NCBI GenBank assembly: GCA_016840035.1
Contig: JAEOTC010000076.1
Span: 1-64,000, forward strand
Direction: 5' to 3'
Length of the DNA stretch: 64,000 nt
Source: Candidatus Hodarchaeota archaeon
GTDB taxonomy: Archaea; Asgardarchaeota; Heimdallarchaeia; Hodarchaeales; Hodarchaeaceae
This document shows positions 9,387 to 18,172 of the stretch, piece after piece (position 1 is the first letter of the stretch; every line of letters begins with the position of its first letter). The notes beneath the pieces are model-generated. The model searched no databases. It saw only the letters and a list, made by a program, of their open reading frames with translations, and was not told the origin of the DNA. The position numbers and the translations under genes were made by a program.

Positions 9387-10541
9387 TCAATCCTTTGTAA
9401 ATGTCTGATCTATCTCAGAGATAATAATTTCATCAGTTGTAAAATTTGGGCCAATTACAGTTCCTTCACTAAGCTGAGAACCTGCTGGGATTAACACACC
9501 ATTACATACAACAGTATTTTTCATCTTTACGTTTTCCTCGATAACTACATCATCCCAAATGACAGAAGCTTCAATTTCACAGTTATTCCCAATTGAAACA
9601 CGATCCCCGATAACACTATGCCCTCTGATGGTTGTATTTGATCCAAGAGTAATTTCGTCACCCAATGCTGCAGGAGGTTCTATAACAGTACCACTGGGTA
9701 GGGATGGATATTTATGGTTTATCCAGACATTATTTTCCTCGGAAGTAGCCCTAGGAAAATAAGGAAAAGCCCACCTTCGTAAGACATCCCAATTTGTGTA
9801 TAAGTAAGTCTGGGGATTTCCTGCGTCCATCCAGTAATATGAAAGATTCTCAGCCCATCCATAAATGCCATATTCACGAGCTAAATAAGGAAAAACATCT
9901 TTTCCAAAGTCCATCAGATCATCCAAGGATTCTAAAATCCCTAATACATCATGTTTGAACGCATAGATTCCTGTATTTACTAAATTGGATTGAAGTCGAA
10001 TTGTTTCCTTTTTGGAAAACGTCAATGTTGCTAAACTTAATTCTTGAGGAATAGGCTTTTCGAGGAAGAGCAAAATTCGCGAATCCTGATTTAACATAAT
10101 AACTCCAAAAGCTCTTGGTTGAGCTACATCTTTCAAAGTTATACTAGCAATTCCATTCTTCTCCTGATGGAAAGCCATGAAATCTTGCAGAGGAATGTTG
10201 GTTACAATATCAGCCATTGAAACAATAAAATTATCAGTATCGATATAATTTGCGGATTTGCGAACTGCATCCGCGGTATCTAAGGGATCAAATACGGGTA
10301 ATACTATATCTAAATCACTGAAATGATCATTTTCCTTAAAATATTGAATGATTTCTTCCCGCATATATCTAGTAATAATTGCTATCTTACCAGTTATTCC
10401 AGCTTTTCGCAATAATTCCAAGTTATAATCAATCATTGGCTTATTGGCAACAGGAACTAGTGGTTTGGGAATATTATGAGTTAAGGGTCTTAATCGCGAT
10501 CCGATTCCTCCTGCGAGGACAATAGCACTCCATTCAGTCAT
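9387..10541 (-). CDS. NDP-sugar pyrophosphorylase (mannose-1-P guanylyltransferase-like) with a left-handed beta-helix
   Basis: LAGGIGSRLRPLT..PKPL; FLEKP; NTGIY; YWMDAG; C-terminal hexapeptide repeats. Confidence 0.9.
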   Translation of the reverse strand: MTEWSAIVLAGGIGSRLRPLTHNIPKPLVPVANKPMIDYNLELLRKAGITGKIAIITRYMREEIIQYFKENDHFSDLDIVLPVFDPLDTADAVRKSANYIDTDNFIVSMADIVTNIPLQDFMAFHQEKNGIASITLKDVAQPRAFGVIMLNQDSRILLFLEKPIPQELSLATLTFSKKETIRLQSNLVNTGIYAFKHDVLGILESLDDLMDFGKDVFPYLAREYGIYGWAENLSYYWMDAGNPQTYLYTNWDVLRRWAFPYFPRATSEENNVWINHKYPSLPSGTVIEPPAALGDEITLGSNTTIRGHSVIGDRVSIGNNCEIEASVIWDDVVIEENVKMKNTVVCNGVLIPAGSQLSEGTVIGPNFTTDEIIISEIDQTFTKD

Positions 10542-10680
10542 CCATGGTAAACTCCGACAAGACCGCGTTTAATCTGTGATTGATATTCTTACTCCTTCTA
10601 TCAAATCTCTTGAAGGATAAAAAATCCTCTAAGGTTAAAAATTCTACGTTGATAAACAAAAGAGATTCATTACTTATCAA

Positions 10681-10902
10681 TCAAAAATTCTTTCTGAAGT
10701 AGATCCTCCAGTGGCGTTGACACAAACGCTCTTCACAGGTAGAGCAGTCATATTCATCCCCACTGTCTGCGTGTTTTTTCTTATAACATGTATACGCGTT
10801 GCACATGGCTGGTTTCCCACAGAATTGACACTCCTGTACATCAGCTTCAGGCCTTGGTTCGTCATGTAATGTTTTATTTTTTTGTATAATCAGTGTTATC
10901 AC
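10681..10902 (-). CDS. Small Cys/His-rich zinc-finger protein
   Basis: CQFC-x4-C-x4-C-x4-H-x8-CSTC-x4-CQRH. Confidence 0.6.
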   Translation of the reverse strand: MITLIIQKNKTLHDEPRPEADVQECQFCGKPAMCNAYTCYKKKHADSGDEYDCSTCEERLCQRHWRIYFRKNF

Positions 10903-11158
10903 CTAAATTGGTATTGTATAGAAATAAGGCTTGATGATTCACAGAGTTTCTTCATTCTTCCCCCAGAGATTCATTCGTCCTTTATCCTCTTACATGGAGG
11001 GCTTAAATTAGAGGTTTTTAAGAGTTTTCTTAAATTCTTGGAAAAAAGAGTTCTTATGGGTTTGAAACCCTATGATTTAAAAATATCAAAAGATCTAAAT
11101 TATTAACTAACGAGACTTGTCCAGATTAAATTCTCACAATCAATCTTAGTGGTTTTTC

Positions 11159-11902
11159 ATGCAAGAGGAAAAAGTTCCGATGAACGAAGGCAATGAAGAC
11201 AAAAAACCCTCTCTCGACCTTGATGAAAAAGATATTATCATCAATGATTTACGTGAAGAAATTGAGCGCATGAAAAACAAATCACAATCAAAACTCAATG
11301 AAGCTTTTGGTGATTCTACTAATCTTGAAAAACAACTACAAGAAAGTCAAGATGTTCTCTGTAATGTCAAATCTGATCTTCAAACGGAGAAGGCAAAATC
11401 TGAAGTTTTAATTGCCGAGAAAGCAGATTTAGAAAAACAAATCGAAGAAATGACTGCGATTATTAATCAGAAAGAATCAACCGATGAGTCCTATCTCCAG
11501 CAAATTGCTAAAATGCAACAACTGCTTCAAGATACGGAACAGGAGATAGAGAGCATCGAAGCCGGTCATATAGCTATCCAAAATCAGCTTCAAGAGGAAA
11601 TAAAACGAACTGAAGATCGATATGGGCAAGTGAGTGAAGATTTGACTCGAGAATCATCTAGTACACACGCACAAGACATTCTCATTCGTACGGTTCTCCA
11701 GGAGACTGAACTAGGTAAAATTACAATGTTCATTGTAGATTATTTTGAAAATCCAAAGAGAAAAGTTCTTGCAAGAGAAACGATAGCCACAGAGTTACAA
11801 ATTGCCCCAATAATAATCCGATCTCATCTTAGATTGCTACATGGGTTAGGTGTTTTAGCATTCAACGAAGTTAGTGGGGAAGTAAAACTCGTTAGACAAT
11901 AA
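11159..11902 (+). CDS. Coiled-coil protein with a C-terminal winged helix
   Basis: Heptad-rich E/Q/K/L stretch; IATELQIAP..IRSHLRLLHGLGVL. Confidence 0.7.
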   Translation: MQEEKVPMNEGNEDKKPSLDLDEKDIIINDLREEIERMKNKSQSKLNEAFGDSTNLEKQLQESQDVLCNVKSDLQTEKAKSEVLIAEKADLEKQIEEMTAIINQKESTDESYLQQIAKMQQLLQDTEQEIESIEAGHIAIQNQLQEEIKRTEDRYGQVSEDLTRESSSTHAQDILIRTVLQETELGKITMFIVDYFENPKRKVLARETIATELQIAPIIIRSHLRLLHGLGVLAFNEVSGEVKLVRQ

Positions 11903-12042
11903 TATCCGAGTTGTTTATTTTCCTTTTTCATCCATTCATATTTTACTCATTAGGAGAATTACATGAAGAAAATATTACTATACAGCGAGATAAAAAATAA
12001 TTTTCTCCACCCAAACTAATTCGAATGAATTTGTTCCATGAT

Positions 12043-12390
12043 TTACTTTTTGGTAGAAGAATCAAGACGGATGGAATACACGCCATTATTTCCTGCTACC
12101 ACGGGAGACTTTTCTTTCTTAGTTTTTCGTTTTAACAAGGTGTCTACGTTAATATCGTAAATCCCAATTTGCCTCTCTCTGATGGTGAGGAACTCCATAT
12201 CTTCTTTTGAATACAGCGTTTTATCAGGAGTAAGTGAAGAAACCTTGGGTGTTTCGGGTTGCATTCGTAACCGAAAGAGTCGATGACCACAGGTACAACC
12301 AGTGAAGAGCTCATTCGCTTTTTCTGGAGTCCGATCGCATTTTGCGCATCGATACCGCGTTAAATTAACCTCTCCACTAGTTAAACTCAT
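12043..12390 (-). CDS. arvC: OapC/ArvC zinc-ribbon protein (DUF2072)
   Basis: YRCAKC..GCTCG..LF; IGIYDINVDTL; GVYSI; position in operon. Confidence 0.82.
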   Translation of the reverse strand: MSLTSGEVNLTRYRCAKCDRTPEKANELFTGCTCGHRLFRLRMQPETPKVSSLTPDKTLYSKEDMEFLTIRERQIGIYDINVDTLLKRKTKKEKSPVVAGNNGVYSIRLDSSTKK

Positions 12391-12405
12391 TTATCCACCT
12401 TCAAA

Positions 12406-12717
12406 TTAGACAAGAGCAATTGATAAGTGTTCATAATTATGGGGAGCAACGACAGTCATCTTGACGTTTTTGTGACTAAATAGGCCTTCTCTCATTCTAA
12501 GGGGTGCAGGATTCAGAATTTTATATCCCAAGAACTCTTGATGATCGATTTGAGTCATAGCTTCTTCTATTAAGGCTGCTTCTTCTTCAGGACTCAAACC
12601 GCCTTCAATTATTACAGCTGCTTCTTCTTTTAGCTTTGAAATGATGAAGTCACATTTTTGGGTGGAGTTCATCTTCCGTGTGGTGTTTTCTGTCACGAAA
12701 TTGATACGTAAGTCCAC
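12406..12717 (-). CDS. arvB: OapB/ArvB family protein (DUF2073); start placed at GTG 12717
   Basis: IIEGGLSPEEEAALIEEAMTQID..F.G; KMTVVAP; GAGGTG RBS upstream. Confidence 0.82.
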   Translation of the reverse strand: MDLRINFVTENTTRKMNSTQKCDFIISKLKEEAAVIIEGGLSPEEEAALIEEAMTQIDHQEFLGYKILNPAPLRMREGLFSHKNVKMTVVAPHNYEHLSIALV

Positions 12718-12727
12718 TTTTTGCACC

Positions 12728-13342
12728 TCACATTCCTGAAACCGATAGGATACTTCCATACAATTCATTCATTCCTGATCCGTCTTTTGCAGAGATTGGG
12801 ATAATATCACTCTGAAAAGTTTCTTTGACAAGTTCTGGATCAGCATCAGCTAAATCAGATTTATTAGCGGCTACGATAATGGGTATCCTTCTAGCTTCAA
12901 GATTTCCTATTACTGTCCAATTTATTTGATCAAATGGGGCACGAGCTGCATCAACAACTACTATGGCTGCATCCATTTTATCTAAGCTTTGAATCGCCTT
13001 AATTACTCCACGAGTTGCTTCTTTTGCTCGTTGAATACTATCTTGTCTTGTTAGTCCGTGTTGTTGAAATTCACGGTAGTCTATTGAGGTAGCAATACCG
13101 GGGGTGTCAACAATCGTTAAATCGAGAGAACCATTCTGGTCACTAATAACACAATGTTCTAGAGCACTGCATTCACGAGTTTCGTGAGGAACAGGGCTTA
13201 CAACCCCGAGAGGTTCACCGTTTCCGCATTCATTTGAGATCCGATTAGCTAAAGTTGTTTTTCCTGCATTAGGTGCTCCTAATATTCCAATTGTAAGTCG
13301 ACTTTTCCGACTACGGGCAAATAATCGTGATAAGATACTCAA
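12728..13342 (-). CDS. arvA: OapA/ArvA Era-like small GTPase; start placed at TTG 13342
   Basis: GAPNAGKTTLAN; PHETR; DTPG; RAKEATRGV; NKSD; ISA; AGGAGG RBS before the TTG. Confidence 0.85.
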   Translation of the reverse strand: MSILSRLFARSRKSRLTIGILGAPNAGKTTLANRISNECGNGEPLGVVSPVPHETRECSALEHCVISDQNGSLDLTIVDTPGIATSIDYREFQQHGLTRQDSIQRAKEATRGVIKAIQSLDKMDAAIVVVDAARAPFDQINWTVIGNLEARRIPIIVAANKSDLADADPELVKETFQSDIIPISAKDGSGMNELYGSILSVSGM

Positions 13343-13507
13343 TTTACTATGCCTCCTATTAGGTGTGTAATGATAAACATATTGAGTTAGGTTAGATACT
13401 CCCCTTCCCAATTAATAGACAACATATTATGGAGATGTTACACAATTCCGAGAATGAAATTAGATTCTTAACAAGAGGAAGTTAAAATAAGGATCATCGT
13501 TCTCTGG

Positions 13508-14866
13508 TTAATCTACCTTATTAAGCTGTTTTTCTAGATCAAAATCAAGTGGATTACTATAAATGTACTTATGCAATGTTGCTCCGATTATTCTCAGAAT
13601 TGTGATTAGAAGGAGAACCGCTATTAATACTGATTCGAACTCAGGGTCTTTATCTGTGATACTAAAGATTATCAGAAGAATTTCTACTAAAAATCCCGCA
13701 GCCAAGGAACCTGTAAATGCCAATACTCCCTCTAAAGTTAGTAATATTGAATAATAACGAGCGCGTGTTTCAGCAGTTGAACAATCCAGTGAATAAGAGG
13801 AAATTGCGGTATCTTCTGCACCAAATGCCAATCCACCTGGAATATTGACTAGGAGTAAAAACCACACGTTTCCTGTCACTAATCCAGCGGCATAACCAAA
13901 AGGTACGAGTGCATATCCAAATCGTGAAAAAATGATCACAATTTTCTTTCCATATCGATCTGCAAGAATTCCCCCAACCGATTGCCCAAATCCTCTCGGT
14001 AAATTAAAAACAGCCCATAAAATTGCTACTACTAGCCATGTATTGGCTAATTTGAGGGTTACATAAGGTAAAAGAGGCCACAACATGCTCATACAAAATT
14101 TGAAGAAACTATTAATCGGGAGTAATCGACGAAATGGTTCATTTCGACGTATTAAGTCTTTTGTGGGAAGATGGAGTTCTTGTTCTATGAAAGTCTTTTT
14201 TCGAATGGAATATTTCTCTTTTAAAAATAATTCACTGACTAAAGCAATTGCAAAAATAACCCCGCCAGTTATAAAGGGTATGAAAAAAACTGGTTTACTT
14301 TCTGCATAGAATATCGCTTCTGATGGGAATGGAAGTGATGTACTGTCCATCCACCAACCTAATCCAAGAATTACAAAAAGAGAACTCCAGGTCCCAATAG
14401 AATTGATAAATCCAATAAATGAGGCTCGTTTTTCTTCAGAGGTATAATCTCCAAGAAAAGCAATCCATGCTGGAATAAAACTGAATCCTAACGAAGTCAT
14501 CACCATAGAGATCAAAACGAGTTCAAAAGGATTGGTAACAAAAGGAGTAAGAATTATGGTTAAAGCTAATGTTGCTAATCCAATGGTCATGACTAGTTTA
14601 CGTCCTTTCAAATCAGCAAGCCACCCCCATATAGATTGAAATAAATTAGATCCTAAATTCCTTACTGATGTCAAAATAGATAGCTCTAAAGGACTTGCTC
14701 CAATGACGACTCCGAAATACGAAAGATAAGTAAAAATTGATGATCTTCCAGCCGCCCACGCAATACTTGTTGTGTAGATTGGTATTTTCTCCCTTCTCTC
14801 TGATGGTTTTTTTTCTAACTCTGAGCTTCCATTTTGTGAGACATTCAAAGCTTTATCGACACTCAT
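13508..14866 (-). CDS. MFS transporter (start placed at ATG 14866)
   Basis: About 12 TM helices; GWLADLKGRK and GILADRYGKK motif A. Confidence 0.88.
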   Translation of the reverse strand: MSVDKALNVSQNGSSELEKKPSERREKIPIYTTSIAWAAGRSSIFTYLSYFGVVIGASPLELSILTSVRNLGSNLFQSIWGWLADLKGRKLVMTIGLATLALTIILTPFVTNPFELVLISMVMTSLGFSFIPAWIAFLGDYTSEEKRASFIGFINSIGTWSSLFVILGLGWWMDSTSLPFPSEAIFYAESKPVFFIPFITGGVIFAIALVSELFLKEKYSIRKKTFIEQELHLPTKDLIRRNEPFRRLLPINSFFKFCMSMLWPLLPYVTLKLANTWLVVAILWAVFNLPRGFGQSVGGILADRYGKKIVIIFSRFGYALVPFGYAAGLVTGNVWFLLLVNIPGGLAFGAEDTAISSYSLDCSTAETRARYYSILLTLEGVLAFTGSLAAGFLVEILLIIFSITDKDPEFESVLIAVLLLITILRIIGATLHKYIYSNPLDFDLEKQLNKVD

Positions 14867-15033
14867 GAGGTAGAACAAATCCCGTACAGTTATTTTTCCG
14901 TGTGTTAATGGAAAATCTAAATGGAAAATCAAAAACCCAGAACATTTTTTGCAGAAGTCAGAGGGATTAATCAATATTCGTATCTTGACAGATCTTAGTT
15001 TCTACAAACAAATTTCTTTTCGTGGAAATGAGA

Positions 15034-16233
15034 TTATCCATCATGACGTTCAAAAGCAATATCAAATGCTCTTTTGAGCTTTGACGTGAATCCCTCTGGA
15101 GAGCATTTTAGAGCAGAAGTTTTTGCAATTTTACCCATTTTGAGAATCTCAGATGGATTATCTAAGCAGTAAAGGATTGCTTCTTGAAATGCCTCAACAT
15201 TATTCGACTCCACCAGGAGGCCATTCTTCTTATGCTCAATGTAATCTTTTACTCCACCCTCATTAACACCAATTACCGGTCGTGATTGGCTCATTGATTC
15301 TATTACAGTTAATCCTTGTGTTTCTGTATCACTAGGAGTTACCATGAACTCTCCGACTTGGTAATAATGCGGAAGTTTTGAATGGGCCACGAATCCTGTA
15401 AAGACCACATTTTTCAAATCTAGATTTTCTGCTTGCTTCTTATATGCCTTTAGATGAGGTCCATCACCAATGATGAGAAGAGTAACATCTTTGTGGCGCT
15501 TCTCGATATCTTTATAGCCATCAAGGACTATTTCTAGCTTTTTCTCAAAAGAAACTCTACCACAGTAAGTAATAATGCGATTATTCTCAGGAATGGAATA
15601 CTTTTGTCTTAGAGAGGAGTCAAATTCTTCTAATTCCGTTTTTGAAATTTTTGCGTTGAAGAATACCTCAGAAATCATATTTGGTAGTGAATAAACGGGT
15701 GGTTTCAGTCCATGTGCTATAAGATCATGCTGCAATGTTTTTGATGGTGTTACCACTACATCTGATTGGTTGTAGTAGCGATTTATAAACCACCATACGG
15801 CTCCCGCAAAACCTTTACTAAATTTTTCTGCTTGAAAACCCCCAACCAGATGTCCAGAATACTTTACCAGATCCGTATGATAAGTATTTACGAGAGGACA
15901 TTTTTTCAACGACTTAGCAGCGAATAATGCATACCAACCAGCTGAAAAGGGACCATGTGAGTGAATAATATCAAGATCGTACTTCTTCATTGCCCTATTG
16001 AATTCTGAATCTATTAATGCCAGATTGTACCCTGGATAATTTGGGATGGGAAAACTTCTAATTCTTACGATGGGTACACCCTTCATTTTGTAGGGAGTGC
16101 GTTCCTTCAATTTGGGAGTAACAAGAACGAATTCATGACCTTCCTTACTCAATGTTTTAATCTCATTTATGATTGAGATTGTCACACCATTAATATTGGG
16201 TACAAATGTGTCAGTAAATATGCCTATTCTCAG
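15034..16233 (-). CDS. GT4 glycosyltransferase; true start probably the non-canonical CTG at 16233
   Basis: In-frame upstream LRIGIFTDTFVPNINGV; TYHT; GRVSFEK; PSDTETQGLTVIESM. Confidence 0.88.
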   Translation of the reverse strand: MRIGIFTDTFVPNINGVTISIINEIKTLSKEGHEFVLVTPKLKERTPYKMKGVPIVRIRSFPIPNYPGYNLALIDSEFNRAMKKYDLDIIHSHGPFSAGWYALFAAKSLKKCPLVNTYHTDLVKYSGHLVGGFQAEKFSKGFAGAVWWFINRYYNQSDVVVTPSKTLQHDLIAHGLKPPVYSLPNMISEVFFNAKISKTELEEFDSSLRQKYSIPENNRIITYCGRVSFEKKLEIVLDGYKDIEKRHKDVTLLIIGDGPHLKAYKKQAENLDLKNVVFTGFVAHSKLPHYYQVGEFMVTPSDTETQGLTVIESMSQSRPVIGVNEGGVKDYIEHKKNGLLVESNNVEAFQEAILYCLDNPSEILKMGKIAKTSALKCSPEGFTSKLKRAFDIAFERHDG

Positions 16234-16387
16234 GAAAATCGCATCCTACACGTTCTTCTTACCGATATACATATGGCCTGGCTTTCGACTCAGATTGTAG
16301 TTGACAAATATCACCTATATTATAACATTGGTGAGATAATATCTCAATAATGTATTATTGAAGAATTTATCCTCTTAGAGAAATCGC

Positions 16388-18172
16388 TTAGATATCCTGT
16401 CCAGCAAACTGCTTCTCATATAAATCGGTAAAAATTCCTCCTTGAGACATTAATTCTTGAAAGTTTCCCATCTCTACGATTTTCCCTTGATCTAAAACAA
16501 CAATTTTATCAACAAATCGAATGGTACTCAATCGATGAGCAATTACAAGAGCAGTTCTGTTTTGTAGAATGTTTTTCATACTTTGTTGAATTACAAGCTC
16601 GGTATGAGCATCAACGGAGGATGTAGCTTCATCGAGAATCAGTATCCTTGGATTAGCTAGAAGAGCTCGAGCAAAACATATGAGTTGGCGTTCTCCCATT
16701 GATAGTCGAGAACCCCTCTCTCCAACTTCGAAGTCTAGTCCTTTACTCATTGTGAAGTCATATGCACCTACTTTAAGAAGAGCTCGCTCAATTTCTTCAT
16801 CAGAAGCGTTAGGATTCCCATATAGTAGATTATTCTTAATACTGTCACTGAATAAAAAACTATCTTGAGGAATGATAGCAATATTTTGACGATAATTTTC
16901 TATATTACATTCTCGTATGTCGACATCATCTAGTGTTATAGATCCATCCTCAAAGTCATAGAATCGCAATAACAAACTAGCAAGAGTGGTTTTTCCTGCT
17001 CCAGTATGACCTACTAGTGCAAAAGTCTGTTGAGGAGGAATCAAAAGAGAAAAATCTGTTAAGACTGGTTCTGAGGTCGATAGATATCGAAAGGTTACAT
17101 TCTCAAATTCCAGTTTACCTGAAACCTCTGATAGAAACTTATTATCTCTGGAAATTACTTGAGGTTTACTATCTAAAATATCAAAGATTCTCTCTATAGC
17201 AGCCATAGAACTTAATAAATTATTATAAAAGTTTGATAACACCATGATTGGTGTTGATAATCGTGTAATATACGATAGGAAAGCAACCAACGTTCCTGGA
17301 GATATCAATTCCTGACCCACAGAATATCCGCCTACAGAAAGAACCAAGGCTGTTCCTATTGTTAATAATAAATCCATGAGAGGGAACATTATTGCAAAAA
17401 GGATTAATGCACGAATTCGTGCCTGGTAATTATCAAGATTAAGTGTATTAAATTCATCAGTGACAAAGTCTTCGGCTGAAAGGGCTTTCGTGACAGTTAT
17501 TCCACTTATCGCCTCTTGATAATAACCTGTTACTTTTGCTAATGTGCGTCTTGTCCGTTGCCATGCAGCTCTTGATTTAATTCGGAAATAAACAATTGCC
17601 ACCGCAAGGAAGGGGAAAAATACGATGACAGTTAAGGTTAAAGCAACATCGAGTGAAAACAGGATAACAAACAAGAATCCTAGAAACATGAAATTTACAA
17701 CGGCATCAATTATCCCAGTAGAAAGTAAATTTAGTAATCTCTCGACATCATTAGTCACCCTAGACACGATACGTCCAGTTGCTTCTTTGTCATAGTAATC
17801 CATACTGAGCTCTTGTAATTGGTAAAAGGCTTCTTCACGAATCTGTGTAATTATCTTTAATCCTGTTATGGTAGTGATATAACTCGTAATTACGGCCAAC
17901 AAAAATGAAAATACGGTTACTGAGAAGTAAATTATGGCAATAGATCCTAACCCCCTTAAATCTGGCACAAGAACGTAATCATCAATAACAGATTTCAATA
18001 ATAATGGTTGTACGATAGTCAAGAGTGTAGATAATAGCATACCCACTAATGCAATAGAGAAAATCTTTCGATGGGGCACTGTATACCCGAGTAATCTTTT
18101 GAATAACTCAAAATCGGAATACTCGTGGTGCAATAAATCTCGTTGATCTTGCCTTTCTGCCATATTATTCAT
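16388..18172 (-). CDS. Heterodimeric ABC exporter subunit (TMD-NBD)
   Basis: GHTGAGKT; LSMGERQ; ILILDEATS; AHR. Confidence 0.93.
   Translation of the reverse strand: MNNMAERQDQRDLLHHEYSDFELFKRLLGYTVPHRKIFSIALVGMLLSTLLTIVQPLLLKSVIDDYVLVPDLRGLGSIAIIYFSVTVFSFLLAVITSYITTITGLKIITQIREEAFYQLQELSMDYYDKEATGRIVSRVTNDVERLLNLLSTGIIDAVVNFMFLGFLFVILFSLDVALTLTVIVFFPFLAVAIVYFRIKSRAAWQRTRRTLAKVTGYYQEAISGITVTKALSAEDFVTDEFNTLNLDNYQARIRALILFAIMFPLMDLLLTIGTALVLSVGGYSVGQELISPGTLVAFLSYITRLSTPIMVLSNFYNNLLSSMAAIERIFDILDSKPQVISRDNKFLSEVSGKLEFENVTFRYLSTSEPVLTDFSLLIPPQQTFALVGHTGAGKTTLASLLLRFYDFEDGSITLDDVDIRECNIENYRQNIAIIPQDSFLFSDSIKNNLLYGNPNASDEEIERALLKVGAYDFTMSKGLDFEVGERGSRLSMGERQLICFARALLANPRILILDEATSSVDAHTELVIQQSMKNILQNRTALVIAHRLSTIRFVDKIVVLDQGKIVEMGNFQELMSQGGIFTDLYEKQFAGQDI

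Noticed and set aside
9387-10541. eIF2B gamma/epsilon subunit
   Set aside because: The catalytic GxGxRL..PK motif is intact and the gene is linked to a phosphomutase-family gene, favouring a sugar-nucleotide enzyme
13343-13507. Replication origin next to the oap operon
   Set aside because: Short gap, no ORB-like G-string repeats and no cdc6/orc1 in the window
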